DNA from: Podarcis filfolensis
Taxonomy: Eukaryota
Reading direction: 5' to 3' (one strand)
NCBI GenBank assembly: GCA_964270895.1
Contig: OZ185442.1
DNA: 64,000 bases
A model generated the notes under the pieces. That model saw only the letters and a program-made list of their open reading frames with translations. It was not told where the DNA came from and searched no databases. The position numbers and the translations under genes were made by a program. Shown piece by piece: positions 38,340 to 50,761 of this stretch. Numbering within the stretch: the stretch's first letter is position 1; each line of letters begins with the position of its first letter.

Positions 38340-38621
38340 GTTAAACTATGGAATTAGCTTTCACAAGAAGCAATGATTGCCTCCAACTTGGATAGCATTA
38401 AATAAGGATTAGACAAATTCGTGGAGGAGAAGGCTATCAATGGCTATGTTGTACCTGCACTATCATGCCTCTGAAAACCAGTTGCTGGGAATCACAAGTG
38501 GGGAGAGTGCTTGTTGCACTCATGTCCAGCTTGCAGGCATCTGGTTGGGCACTTTGAGGACAGGATGCGGGACTAAATGGCTCACTGACCTGATCCAGCA
38601 GCCTCATCTTTTGTCCTTATG
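38340..38621 (+). mobile_element. CR1 3' fragment
   Basis: ggattagacaaattcgtggaggagaaggctatcaatggctat...ctgatccagcagcctcatcttttgtccttatg, homologous to 22150-22422. Confidence 0.7.
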
Positions 38622-39720
38622 CCCTGCAGAGTAAATACTGCTAGGCTTGAAGGACCAACGGTCTGACTTTGTATATAAGAATAGCTGCACATCATCAGAT
38701 GTCACAAAAGGTACAGATTCAAACACTAACTGACTAGGCTATTTGGTGCCTCTGAAGAGGGTTAACAGCAGCTGTTTTCACAACTAGTATTTAAATGGGT
38801 TTTTGCATTGTCTACAGTTCAATTTTCATTGAATGAAAATGCCATATCCTCCAGAATGAATGCCCAACTCTAGACTTACTTAAGTCTTTGCACTAATGTA
38901 GGATTTTTTACATTCATTCCTGTACTGTATGTACCACTAACTTAGGGCATGAATTGTTTAATAGGGATAGCCTTCATTCAATAATTGAGGGATTCTGCTC
39001 ATTTCAAAAAAAAGAGCTAAAAGTCCCTCCCCAAAATGCTGTGGGCAAGGGAAGGGCTGCTGAGATGTCAAAAGCCACCAGCAAGAATGCCTAGCTAGAA
39101 GCCTGTGGGTGATTCTCGTAAAATTCACATTCTGTAATTTCATCACCAAAGACAAGTTCAAACTGCATCTTTCTAGCAGCGTGGCTTAACATTTCAGCAC
39201 TGAACCAACATGGGTATCTTCAACTAGCAAGGTGCTTCCCCCCCCTTTTTTTTTCTTTTTGCAGGGGAGGGGGTTAAATTGTGCAGGCCTGCCACACGGA
39301 TCTGCAAATACACTAAGAGATCCAGAATGGGAGGAGTCCTTGGCAAGCACTGATCCTTCCCCAAAGCTGCCATCTGCACACACCTTCTAAAGCATCTACC
39401 CTGGTACTCACCTGGGGCTTGTGTCTTCATTTGCAGCAGGGGTCGGGAGTCATGCAGAATTAAGGAAAGGCAGAGTACAAGGCTGGGTTCATGTATTTCA
39501 TTTGCACTATGTCAGGTGTTCCAGGTTCACTTTGCAGAAGGCCTCCTATCGTCAATTTTCTCTGCTTTCTGCCAGCAAATGGACAGGTGAAGCAGCATGG
39601 CATATTCTGGTCCCCTTTTATCTGCTTTCCAGTGAGATAAATTCTGTCTGGGGTTTTGCCTTGGATAGAGCCGCAAGCTGGGACTGCATCAATGAAAAAG
39701 GCACATTTCACGTTGAAAAC

Positions 39721-39845
39721 CATGGGTGTAGCCAAGGGGGGGGGCAGCTGCCCTTCCCTAGATCATGTAATACAATAGAAATGCTAATCTAACCGACCAA
39801 TCATGTCGGTCCTTCCCCCCCCCCCAAATTCTGGCTACACCCATG
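39721..39845. mobile_element. hAT-like MITE (125 bp), same family as 27094-27209
   Basis: Perfect 14-bp TIRs CATGGGTGTAGCCA / TGGCTACACCCATG; degraded 8-bp TSD TTGAAAAC / TTGGAAAA. Confidence 0.72.
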
Positions 39846-40236
39846 TTGGAAAAGTAGCTATTAAGCATTGTCACCAGTCTCCCCTGTGAGGGCTACGAGT
39901 GGACGCTTGCCCCTAACAGCATGGCAGCTAAATGGACCCTTCAGCGTCAGAGACAGTCTATCTCTGAATGCCAACGGCAGAGATGACAGGAGGTTTTGCG
40001 TCTTCCTCGTGAGCTTCGTTTGCGGACATCTGGTGGTTGGTCACTGGGAGAAAGCGGGATGCTGGGCCGGGGGGCGTGTCTTTAGATGGAAAGCTGCCAA
40101 ATTAAGGGAGAAGTGAATGGGCTCTCGACGGCTCCTGGTCATGAGTTTCGCGATACAGAGGCAGTCTCCCTCGGGGCGAAGCCTTCCCCTCGAGGCACCA
40201 AGAGGCAACATGCTGGGTCTGGCCGGAGTGTGGTTT

Positions 40237-40290
40237 CCCCGCCCCAGTGACTCAGCAAATCCGCGCCGCCTCCTCCGCTTCTTATAAGAC
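40237..40290 (+). promoter_or_regulatory. NQO1 core promoter: GC box, antioxidant response element, TATA box
   Basis: CCCCGCCCC at 40237-40245; GTGACTCAGCA at 40247-40257 (consensus NRF2/sMaf ARE with embedded AP-1 site); TATAAG at 40283-40288; ATG at 40338. Confidence 0.85.
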
Positions 40291-40337
40291 CCGCGGCGCC
40301 GACGGCTTAGTTCAACTGCTGCCCGGCTTGCATCGCC

Positions 40338-40344
40338 ATGGCTG
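40338..40344 (+). CDS. NQO1: NQO1 exon 1 coding part
   Basis: gccATGGCTG|gtaagt. Confidence 0.92.
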
Positions 40345-43292
40345 GTAAGTAGCTCGTCTCCTCGGCCCTGCCTTACTCTGGTGGGCCTAAAGTGCGCATC
40401 AGGCTGCGTCGCGGAGCCAAACAGGCAGGTCGAAAAGAGAGGAAGGACGGGGGTGGGTGGGATCGATCGAGTCGAGTCTCCAAGGCACAGGCTCCCCGTG
40501 CAGGAGTCCTTTCCCGCCTCGAGAGCGTCTCCCGAGGCCCTGCGGCAGCGCCGCCAGCAACTTGCAAGGAGGCGGGTGGCGCCCACCTGGCGGGCCCCCC
40601 GAAAGGCAGGCAGGGGCCTGCGAGGCTGCGCTGCCCTGGTGGGAGGCGCCGAGGCGGGAGTCTGTCCGCCTCTGTTGCAGCCCCGGCGGCAGGGCGGCTC
40701 TCCCGGAGCTTTGACCGCCCGAGGCGCCTTGCCTTGCCAGGCTCTGCCCTCCTGCTCTCCTTGCAGCTCGGCAGGCGCTGATCGTGCTGGCCCACCCGGA
40801 GCGAACATCCTTCAACTATGCCATGAAGGAGGCGGCTGTCGAGGCGCTGCAGAAGAGTGGCTGGAAGGTGACCGTCTCGGATCTCTACGCCATGCGCTTC
40901 AACCCGGTCCTCTCCCGGGACGACGTCACCGGTACATAGGTCTCTGGGTCCCTGTCGCTCCGCTAGGTGTGTCTGCACAGACTGGCGGGCTGGGCTTCAG
41001 GCCGGCTGGTAGGGGGCGCTTTCCCCCAGCCTTCCAGCCTGGGGGAACTGTGGTCGGGGCGAGTACCCGGGACGTTTTGCTGCTCCTTTCCCGGAGCCCC
41101 CAGAGGCTCCGCCTCGCCTGCGTGCCTGGACCCACCCTTCCCCCTCTCCCCCTCCCTCAGGCAAGCCGAAGGACCCGCAGCACTTCAGCTACCCGGCCGA
41201 AACGGGGCTGGCATGGAAAGAAGGCCGCCTGAGCAGGGACATCGTAGAGGAGCAAAAAAAGCTGGACGCTGCCGATCTCGTCATCTTCCAGGTGGTTCCC
41301 AGATCATAGGACGCTGCCTTCTAAGGAGTCAGACCACCTGGTCCATCAAGCCCAGGGTTGTTTAAGTGAACTGTTTCTCCAGGTTTTCAGGCATGAGTCT
41401 CCCCCACCCCTTCTACAGCCCTTCTCCAACTATCATAGATGGGCACCGGCTTCCTGTGAGGGGATTTAAAGGAGGGGGTGATTTTTCACCTGCACCATAA
41501 GCCTCTTCTTGCCTTATGCTTGTAGTGTTTGACCTGAGTGTGGATTTTGGCCATGAATCTTGCTGGCCAATGAACTCTGGAGAGGCAAAATTAGGAAGTC
41601 CTAATTCAGTAAAGAGGGTGGGAGCAACACTGGCATCTCAGGCTTTAAAAATTGGATTCTGGCAAACATGGAAATTGTCCACGCAGGGCCTGTACTTCAC
41701 AGGAGGGAAACGATATGCTTCTAACCCCGCTGCTAGAGCTTGCCATTGGAACAAAGTTTTGGAACTCATGGTTCTAAGGGCATGACTGGGGGCGCTGAAG
41801 AGCTTTTGGGGAATGGTACCTGGACTCTAAAGTACCATGAAATGAATGTGCAACAAGGGCCTCAACCCTTAGCCTGTGGCTCTGCTTCTGTTGCAGTTCC
41901 CTCTCCAGTGGTTTGGTGTCCCGGCCATCTTGAAAGGGTGGTATGAGCGTGTCCTCACTGGTGGATTTGCCTACTCCTACAGTGCCATGTATGACCAGGG
42001 GCCCTTCAAGGTAGGTATGCAGTGGGTATTTGGTGGGAGTGAAGTCTTGCTGTTGCTGTAGTCGCCACCACCTTTCATTCTCTCCCATGTTCAGCTCCAA
42101 CTGGCCAGTAGCTGCAGCCTGTCTATTGTGCATTTGAGCCCTGCAGTCAGCCTCTTTGGTGCTCTGCATGAAACAATATGGCAGACTCTAGTGGTAGTGG
42201 GAAAAGACAGAGGATTCTGACAATGACCCTGCCTCTTGGTATTTTAGAGAAGGGTGTTCTGTGGGACAGAGAAGGTGCAGTTCCTTTCCTCCATATTGTG
42301 GCAAGATGATGATCAGCTGGGCTTTCACAATACTCTGCAAAATGACCCTTGTTCACTAGTTGCTCTCTGCATGACTGTCTCAGCTGCTGTGTAAAGCATA
42401 ACTCATATTTGGTTACTTACAGAATAAGAAGACTCTACTTTCCTTCACCACTGGTGGGATGGGCTCAATGTACACCCCTGAAGGCATCAATGGGGACATC
42501 AACATCCTTCTTTGGCCAATACAGGTAACAAGGCAACATTTATTGTCAAACCCATAGCTATTTCTAAGAGAGTTTTAAAATTATTATTAAAAGGTGTAAT
42601 ACTTAAGTAGATGGTGCAAGCTTCTGCCTTACACAGAATTCTTACAGGTTCCTGTACTTGTCTGGTTTGAGAACCTTTGTGTAACCCAGAGGTTTACAAT
42701 CCTGCATTCCAACCAATTGGCGAGATGACTGTTTTTTCAAGAGCTGTAGTTTACTGAATCCTAGCAGAAAGCCCACATCCCTTGTGTGCAAAGTTGTAGA
42801 CAAATTTTAGGTTTTTAAAATGAGTAAAAATGTCATAGCAGACATTTAGTATGGTAACAAAAAAACATACTGTACTGGAAATGCCACTATATAACTCTTT
42901 ATTGGTCCTGAACTTGTTCTAATTACATTCCTCCTGCACTATTTGAATATGTATTTGATTTGCAAATGTTCTTTCTTCCTACTCCCCAGAGTGGCACTCT
43001 CCATTTCTGTGGTTTCCAAGTCTTGGCACCCCAGATTGCTTTCAGTATTGGCCATACACCACCAGAGGCCCGCTCCCAAATCCTGGAGATGTGGAAGAAG
43101 AGATTGGCCACTATTTGGGAGGAGACGCCCCTCAGCTTTGCCCCAAGCAACAACTTTGATTTGAGCTTTACTGGGGGCTTTCTTCTGAAGAAAGAGGTCC
43201 AGGAACAGCAAGAAGATAAAAAATATGGGCTGACAACTGGCCAGCATCTGGGAAAGCCACTCCTGCCTGATAATCAAGTCAAAGCCCAGTAG
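40338..43292 (+). CDS. NQO1: NQO1, NAD(P)H:quinone oxidoreductase 1; complete, 273 aa
   Basis: Exons 40338-40344, 40767-40931, 41161-41291, 41897-42010, 42423-42524, 42990-43292 total 822 nt in frame. [38 protein letters not shown] and SFTTGG motifs; syntenic between NOB1 and NFAT5. Confidence 0.97.
40767..40931 (+). CDS. NQO1: NQO1 exon 2
   Basis: tgcag|(A)[54 protein letters not shown]|gtacat. Confidence 0.95.
41161..41291 (+). CDS. NQO1: NQO1 exon 3
   Basis: ctcag|(G)[43 protein letters not shown]|gtggtt. Confidence 0.95.
41897..42010 (+). CDS. NQO1: NQO1 exon 4
   Basis: tgcag|[38 protein letters not shown]|gtaggt. Confidence 0.96.
42423..42524 (+). CDS. NQO1: NQO1 exon 5
   Basis: tacag|[34 protein letters not shown]|gtaaca. 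Confidence 0.96.
42990..43292 (+). CDS. NQO1: NQO1 exon 6 coding part
   Basis: cccag|[15 protein letters not shown]...[17 protein letters not shown]. Confidence 0.96.
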   Translation, partial: SGTLHFCGFQVLAPQIAFSIGHTPPEARSQILEMWKKRLATIWEETPLSFAPSNNFDLSFTGGFLLKKEVQEQQEDKKYGLTTGQHLGKPLLPDNQVKAQ

Positions 43293-44530
43293 AAATAGCA
43301 AATTCTGTTGGGAAATTGGGACAAAAAAAAGGCCTTTCTGTAGTAATGCTAGCAGTAAAAGTTTCCTACTTTCACTTTTTCTGAGTCCATAGGGTCCCTG
43401 TAGGGCAGACCTTCCCCAAACCCGCACCCTTCTGCTGTGTTTGATTCCAGTCCCATCAGCCCAACAAGGATGATGGGAGTTGAAACCCAAACTACCTGGG
43501 AGCACACCAGATGGGAAAGCTGGTTGGGCACTCTACCATTAAAAACAGTTAGTTATGCCTTGTGTATGTAATGCAAGGCATATACTCCACAATGGAGCCT
43601 GCATTATTACTGTTCTACTCTGCAGCCTTAAGATCCTAGCCTATAATCCACAGGTGGGCAACCACCACAGCCTTTCACATTCCTCTTTGCAGCCCCCATC
43701 TCAGCAAAGAGTACCACCATACTGCCTTGAGCAACAGAAGAGTTGGCAGGAAGGTCCAACCCCAGAGCAAAGTACTTAGAGCTTGGGTCTTGCACTTCTC
43801 CAAGTGCATATGCCTGGAGAGCACCATAGGTTGTATCCAATGTTAGTGCTACTTGGAGCAGACCCATTGAAAGTAAAAGGCATAGCTAACTTAGGCACAC
43901 TAATTTCAATGCATCTACACAGAGTAGAATGTAGTTGTATAGAACTGTATGTATCTACCGGGCTGCTTTTTTGCCAGCTCTTCCATTTTTTGTCATAGTA
44001 GCCTCAAGGTAGTGGGGGGAGTACATTGCCTTTACTTCATTAGCGACCACCAATCCACAATGGGTAAAACAAGCTACTTGGCAGTCAATACCATTTGCAC
44101 CAGACTTGAGATGCCAGAGGAGAGGAGAGGTGCAGTGGCAATCTGTCTGAAGACAAAACAAGCCACAGATGCAGCTGAAAAGAGGGCAGCTGGGAAGAGT
44201 GGTGAAGACAACTGGGCTCCCACCTTCTCCAGCTGGAATCAGCCACAGCACAGGAAGGCAGGGGCAGAGTTCCCTGGCAATAAATGGTGCTCCAGGGGGT
44301 GGGGGTGGGTGGGAAAAAGTGTAATTAACTGGCGGGGAAGGTGAAGGGTTGCTTTAAATCCTCTTAGTTCATTTGCTAGTAGTAGGGATTAATACTACTT
44401 GAGATTTTTGTACTTTGGTAATAACTTTCACATGTACTAACAACAAAGCCAGGTGTTGCCTCTATTAGTCAGGTTTGTTGGAATGTCATGTAGATTTATA
44501 CGTCTCTCTTGCGCCAGCAGAGAAATTTAG

Positions 44531-44536
44531 AATAAA
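44531..44536 (+). terminator. Probable NQO1 polyadenylation signal (alternative AATAAA at 44279-44284)
   Basis: AATAAA with upstream TGTA elements and a downstream T-rich tract. Confidence 0.5.
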
Positions 44537-44902
44537 ATACTTTTTTAAACCCTTCTCCTGCAGCTGTCTATTGAGTCAAGGGCCACATTTTGTGCTAGGC
44601 ACTTATACAGTTTGAACCTATTACACCTGTTGGATTCTCGCATGACAGCACTGCTCAGAGGGGAGGGGTGCCTGTTTGTGTCTCCATGAGAGGTGGTGAA
44701 GAGAGAAGCCTAAGTCTGCTGCTCTACCGTACACAGTAATATGGGACAAGCCAGCCCAGACATGGTGGGTTCTGCAAAGGAGGTATTTACACAAAGAAGG
44801 TTCTACCTTCCTATCAGTCCAGTGAAGGGACACCCCTCTCCACCTGCTCCATATACGGTGGTGCTGGCTTGCTTATCGGCCATAGAGCAAAAAGGGATGT
44901 AT

Positions 44903-45042
44903 AGAATTGTTGGGTTGGAAGGGACCCTGAGGATCATCTAGTCCAAACCCCTGCAATGCTGGAATATGCAGCTGCCTCATATGGGGATCAAACCTGCAAC
45001 CCTGGTGTTACCAGCATCATGCCCTAACCAACTGAGCTATCA
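44903..45042 (-). mobile_element. tRNA-head SINE / CR1-tail composite fragment
   Basis: atagaattgttgggttggaagggaccctgaggatcatctagtccaaacccc (CR1-like tail, antisense), then reverse B and A boxes gggatcaaacc ... aaccaactgagcta. Confidence 0.6.
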
Positions 45043-47752
45043 TTAGTAATCTTCTAGCCAGTGTGTGCAGGGCTCAGCAGACAACACACTAGCCTTGCAC
45101 TTCAGGACCAAATGACTCCAAGATACTGAAAAGAATGGAGCACAGTAGCAATACACTGCAAAATGAAAACTTTCAAAGTTTTATTCTTGACTGCAGCTGT
45201 GTACAGAAATATAGTTGCAAGTATACAAATGTCCCAATAGAAGCAAAATATCTCTCTCTTAATATTCAACAAGTTATCACAGGATAGCTAAAAACAAATG
45301 CAAATGAGTCCCCCCCACCCCCTCCAATAGAATAAACAAAACCATTATCAGTGCTCTGAGAAACCCACCTACACAAGCCAGGGACACAAAATGCACAAGG
45401 GGCCATCTGAGGCTACATTCACATTGCAGGATATTGGAAAAGGCTGCTTGGTGGCTGGCTGATCTTGAGTGCTGTTCTAAGCAAGCATGGCAAGAAAGGG
45501 GAGGGAGTGTGTTAGGACTGCAGCGATATTAACAGGCCTAGTTCTGGGAGAAAACCTTCATTAGTTGCACACAAAATGCTGTTGGGACAGGGGTACAACG
45601 AGATTCTTGGTCTCAGCAGGTCCAAGCCCGAACTGTTCAGAACAAAACCTTGCCCTGTCCAAATGGGACTTCATTCCAAACAAGTTGGACTCCATGGGCC
45701 AGAGCCCCAATACAAAAGCTGCTGAAAAGAGGAAACAATGAACCCCAGATGACAGCCAAGCTACCTAAGGGCTTAAGGATCAAAGTGGCAGTGGTGGCAG
45801 GGACTGAAAGAAAACTGCAGTGGTGGCAGCAGCAACATCCACATGGGTCATGTCTGGTGCAGAGGTCAGGTTTACACTCAAAAGTTATTCCAATGCAGGA
45901 AATCCTCTGCTATGAGCTCAAACAAGAGACCATCATTTTCTGAAGCAGTCACAAGCAGCCTGCACTGTCAAGAATTACTTCCTAATATTTAGTTTAAATC
46001 CTTTTTCTTGCAAAATGGACCTGTTGGTTAACACTGAAGCCCTGGAGAAAACAACAACAAAATTTGCTCCCATGATCAAGAGTGATAGCCTGTCAAATAC
46101 TTAGTGATGGCTATCAAATCTCCTCTTCGTTGTTTCTTGTGCAGCCTAAATATACTTAGTCCTTTCAACCATTTCAAATGGGACGCGGCTATGACCAAGT
46201 TGCTCATTGCCAGGGTGGGCAAGACCAAATGAGGTGCTTCCTGGCCTTTCAGGCTCTGCTCTGATGCAGTGTGCTAGAGGATTACTCAGGATAAGACACA
46301 AACACTTTCCTAGGCATGTTTGGAGTGGCGCACAAGAGGAGGAAGGAAAGCAAGTCAGGGATGCCTGAAAGGACAGCTCTCTCTTGACCATTAATATGCA
46401 GGGAGGGACCTGAAACCACAAGGGCTTTTATAGTTCTACAAAATCTGATTCCCAATGTGGCTTTATCCAGAGTGTTTGAGGAGGGAGTTGCACATAAAAA
46501 TGATTGCTTCCTGTAGTTTGAAGCCCTTTGTGGTGGAAAGGCTCAGTTGGATTCTTGTGGACTGATGTAGAGGGTAAAATGAATGGGGACAACATGAGCT
46601 CCAAATGCCATGTGGGGATCAAGAACACACAGGAAACAAGATGCACCTTGCAAGGCTGCTGAGGTCCCATCTCCATGAAACTCTAGAATACAGGCCCCGC
46701 AAAACAAACAAAAAGGGTGTAGGAAAGATGCAGCACCAGCCAGCCACTGAGCAGACCTTTGTTCCAAATACATACTTTTTTGTAACCAAATCACGTTAAA
46801 AATGTTGCACATTTAAATATTGACCTAAAATGGACCAAGAAAAAATAGAAATAAACCAACCCAAAACCCCATGTACATCACCGTTTTGAACAGAGCAGCA
46901 GCAGGAGCCCTTTTAACAAACAGAACACAGATGCCTGCGTTGTATGGCTGGAGTAATGTGGGGAGAAGTGACAAGAGGCAGCTCTGAGCAGGAAACTTGG
47001 TTCAATAGAGGATTGGTCCCTGGTGACTTAGCACTGTCCCCCGAGGACAGTCCTGATGCCACCGAAGTGAACAAGACACAGCAGCGTACAAGTCAACCTG
47101 CTCCTACTCAACCCTCTCCACACACTTCTTCCCCATAAAGCTCCTGCCATGGCCTGGGACTAAGTGCCTCTTCCAGAAGACACAGGCAGTCCCAGGACCA
47201 ACTGCAGGATCCCCAGAAGTGAAAGCAAAAGCCTCTGGCTTGGTACATCCCTTTCTGCCTCCTCATTCATAGTTAGGCACATGGCTGCTCCTTCCCATCC
47301 TCAATACTCTTTCAGCAAATAAAAGAAACATAACATTGTAAGAGAAGCAAGCTCAATGCAGCTACAGACATCATGAAATGAGGAAAGAAGGTTCCAATTG
47401 TGAATTTGTAGTGTTGTTATAAATTAAAAAGCTAGCAATAAAATATTAGACATTAACCATGAGTGAACAGCTGAATGGCTCATGTCAAGGGACTCCCATG
47501 CAAAGGAAGATGCACATGTGTCACCTCTGCAGTGAAGTTGCCCTCACAGCCAATCAGCACAAAGGCTGCCTGATTATATGAACGGCCAGAGATGAACCAA
47601 TCACATCTGCTGCAAAAAGTACTCAAATACTTTGTGAAGACTTAACAACAACCCCTCTTCCCCTGGTTCCTAGATGCCATGTTGTGGGAAAACAGACAAC
47701 AAAACTCACACATTTACCACAAAAATCTGTGGCAAAAAGAATATATGTGTGT

Positions 47753-47795
47753 GAATATATGTATATGTATATATATATTTATATATATATATTAT
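47753..47795. repeat. Interrupted (TA)n tract in the NFAT5 3' UTR
   Basis: Read directly. Confidence 0.85.
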
Positions 47796-48532
47796 TTATG
47801 CCAATGTACTCACTCAGTACAAATAGCAAAATAGTTTATCATTTTCTAAATACAAAATAGAGCTTTCCAAAAAAATGAAACACACATTAGATATAAACCA
47901 TCCAAAACCTGAACGATTGAAAACTGTATTCAAAATTAAATGACCTAGAGCAGGTCTCTTTCTGAAAAGTTCTCTTCATATCGGCAAAATAGCCTGTACT
48001 ACTGAAAACATAACTCAAGCCTCTCAAAGAGAGACGGACAAACAGAACGAATCACTGACTGCAAACATCAGAGACGGACTGGCATTTAACAGGACAACAA
48101 CAATAACAAAAAACAAGCACAACTCTACATAGCTCAAGGTGGAGCACAAGATAGAAAAAACACACAAGGGGTAGCCTAAAAAACCAGGTACAAGCTAAAT
48201 TCTTCTCTACACAAAAGTAACAAAAATGAACACCAATGCTTACTAAAAAACACAACTCCCCAATGCCAACAAGAGTCACACACAACAGCTGTTGGGTGAC
48301 AGACACCATGCACAGCATTTGATGTGCAGGAAAGGAGGAGAGGGAAATAAAAATCCAGAAGAGGGAAACTGTAGCTATCCCTGGAGAGCACCTGAAATTG
48401 AGTTTGCCCCTTGGTGCTGACAGCACACAAGAGCATCTGCCTTTTAAGCCAAAATGGATGCAAATTCATCACCAGCATTTGCATTTTGAAAGAGTGACGT
48501 TACTTGTCTCGTATGAGCTAAAGGAGCTATGT

Positions 48533-48690
48533 AAGAACATAAGTAAAGCCTACTGGATCAGTTCAATGGCCCATCTAGTCCAGCATCATGTTCTTACAGT
48601 GGCCAACCAGATACCTAGTCCACAAGCAGGACCTAGGTGCAATAGTACTCTGCCCACCTGCAATTCTCAGCAACTGGTATACAGAGGCAC
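48533..48690 (-). mobile_element. CR1-type 3' tail inside the NFAT5 3' UTR
   Basis: gtaagaacataag...ctggatcagttcaatggcccatctagtccagcatc...acagtggccaaccag. Confidence 0.72.
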
Positions 48691-50761
48691 CCCTTCAAGC
48701 CCCGAGCGGAAGCTGCCAAATCCCCCTCCCCGCATGTGAGTTTAAATTTAAGACTTCAAACCTGCACCAATTAGAAAAGGGGTGGAGGAGCAGAAACCAG
48801 CATGCCCAAAAATATTCTCTCACCCCTCCTCTACAGACCAAGGAGGTATCAACCAGCTTGGTCATTCCAGCCCCACTACAATGGACCTTCTGGTCTCCAA
48901 AAAACCTACTTCAGATTTGTACAGGTGGCAGCATATTTCACACAAGAGGAAAGAGACAGAAAAGGGATTAAGAGGAACAAAATTCAGCTTATGGCCTATC
49001 AAGGCAGGACTCAAGAGGGGGTCTATTGCTCAGCATAGCAAACTGCCCCCTTGTGAAAGGGGAGATGGGCAGAGCACCAGAGGCTCAGAGAAGTCCCTGT
49101 TTGAGCAGCCAATCTTCCAGCCTCCCAGGAAGCTGTAGTCACATTCTTGGATATCACCCACTCCCCGCCCCTCGTGGCTTTAGGAGACTCTCTGCCAGTA
49201 TATGCCACCTTCCTAGGTGCTAATTCACAGCTTTCTCCATACTGCTATGAAGCTGACAGCAGCTTCCGTTTAACAAAGAGTCACTAATTCACACTGGTAT
49301 GTTCAACACTTGGTAACTGCACCATTAAGCAATGACTGGCATGAGTGAAATGCACAATTGAGGACTGAACACTTGAATCACCTTCACCTCCCCCAAGCAA
49401 CATTTTTCACTGGAAACCATTTACACCTGCAAATCAAGTGATTGAGTCTTCAAGTGATGAGCACAAATGTGTGAATCAACCATCTGTATATCCCAGTTAT
49501 TTTAGGACACATATCCCTGTGTGCTTTGCAGCCTGTTCCAAGAGCTGTGAAGAAGAGCTGAAAGAGAGGAGCAGACACAGTCTCAGGTTCTTTCAGTGCC
49601 AAGCTGCAATGATAAATGAGCAGCTGCACTCTGCATCCCCACAGCTGGACTAGAGATGGGGGCAACTGTCCAAAGTAGAGCCTCTTTCGCCTCTTCCAGC
49701 TTCAAAAAGTCTCTCTCTGATGCTCTCACTCAGCAGCCGTTTCTCATCAGGCTTAGCATGGGTACTCTTCCAAAGTGATGGTGAAGGCTACATTTCCCCT
49801 TGGGTCCAAGGCCGCACTTTGACACAGGAAATTTAACTCCAAACATCCTAAATTCCAGAGTCACAAGAACGAAAGTCTTGCAAATCTGCTTGTCCATTAC
49901 AGGATTTCTGAAGTTATAAGCTAAAAGAACACACAAAGACAAAAGTTAAGCGTAGTAAGAGCCTCATTCTTTCCCCCTAAAGCACTCTAATTAAACACCA
50001 TCCAACAGCTGGTTATTTCCCTCTATGTTGAAGTTACCAATGATGGCTTCTTTGAATGTAATATTACTACCACCCATCAGTGAAATCTGACTGGGACTTG
50101 AAGAGGAGATGTATACTATGGAGTTGGAGTGTGAGAGATCCCCTCCTAGCATTATGGCTTGGGGAGGCCCATGTGCTGCTGAGCTCTCTCTTGTAACTGC
50201 ACCAGCAGCACAGAACTTGGTAGGATTTAACATCTTAAAATAATAAGATTTAATGCTTTTGTAAAGCAAGCTCCTAGAGTGCTAATGGCTGAAAGCATTG
50301 TTGCAGACAAGTGGATGACACTTTTATGTCTCAAGAGGCAGAGCAAGGATTCCAATCACTGCCAGTAGAAAAAGGATTATGTAAAAGCCCCTGTTTCCTT
50401 TGTATAATTTATTCAGGCCAGAAAAATAAGACTTTATTTCTGTGTGGAGTAAACACAGCTGACCATGCTGCCTTGGAACTGCGTATTTCAGCCTTGAGCT
50501 GAAGTCAAGGCAAACGACCCCATATCCACCCTGGGATTTCTGAGCCATGGTAATCAAGTTCAGTGAGGCCGCTGCAAGTGTCCTAAGGGCCAGGAGAATG
50601 AGGGCTGTGAAGCTCTATTTACTCTCAAGACAGGCACTAATTCTATTACCATTCTGGGGAAGCAGCAGAAAAGACAGACTTTTATCAGCTGCAAGAAATA
50701 AGAAGAGAACATGCTGGCTTGGCTACAGTCTTTGACTCCCATCTCCAACTCACCTGGATAG

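Larger units (their letters stand above)
45160..49920 (-). other. NFAT5: NFAT5 terminal exon, entirely 3' UTR (about 4.8 kb)
   Basis: Acceptor cttttgtctttgtgtgttcttttag| at 49921/49920; minus-strand AATAAA at 45180-45185; 3' end approximate. Confidence 0.7.

Noticed and set aside
36100-39700. Search for an unannotated gene between NOB1 and NQO1
   Set aside because: Only short ORFs with no coherent splice chain, plus repeat fragments; nothing supportable.
40074-40078. GCGTG xenobiotic response element core upstream of NQO1
   Set aside because: Lacks the TnGCGTG extension and sits in GGGGCGTG, better explained as an Sp/KLF site.
40041-41365. Long ORFs of 130-283 aa on both strands (e.g. 40381-41232 +, 40041-40808 -)
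   Set aside because: They overlap the NQO1 CpG island and exons 1-3 in wrong frames. Stop codons are scarce in GC-rich DNA, and the peptides are low-complexity Arg/Pro/Gly/Ala with no recognisable domain.
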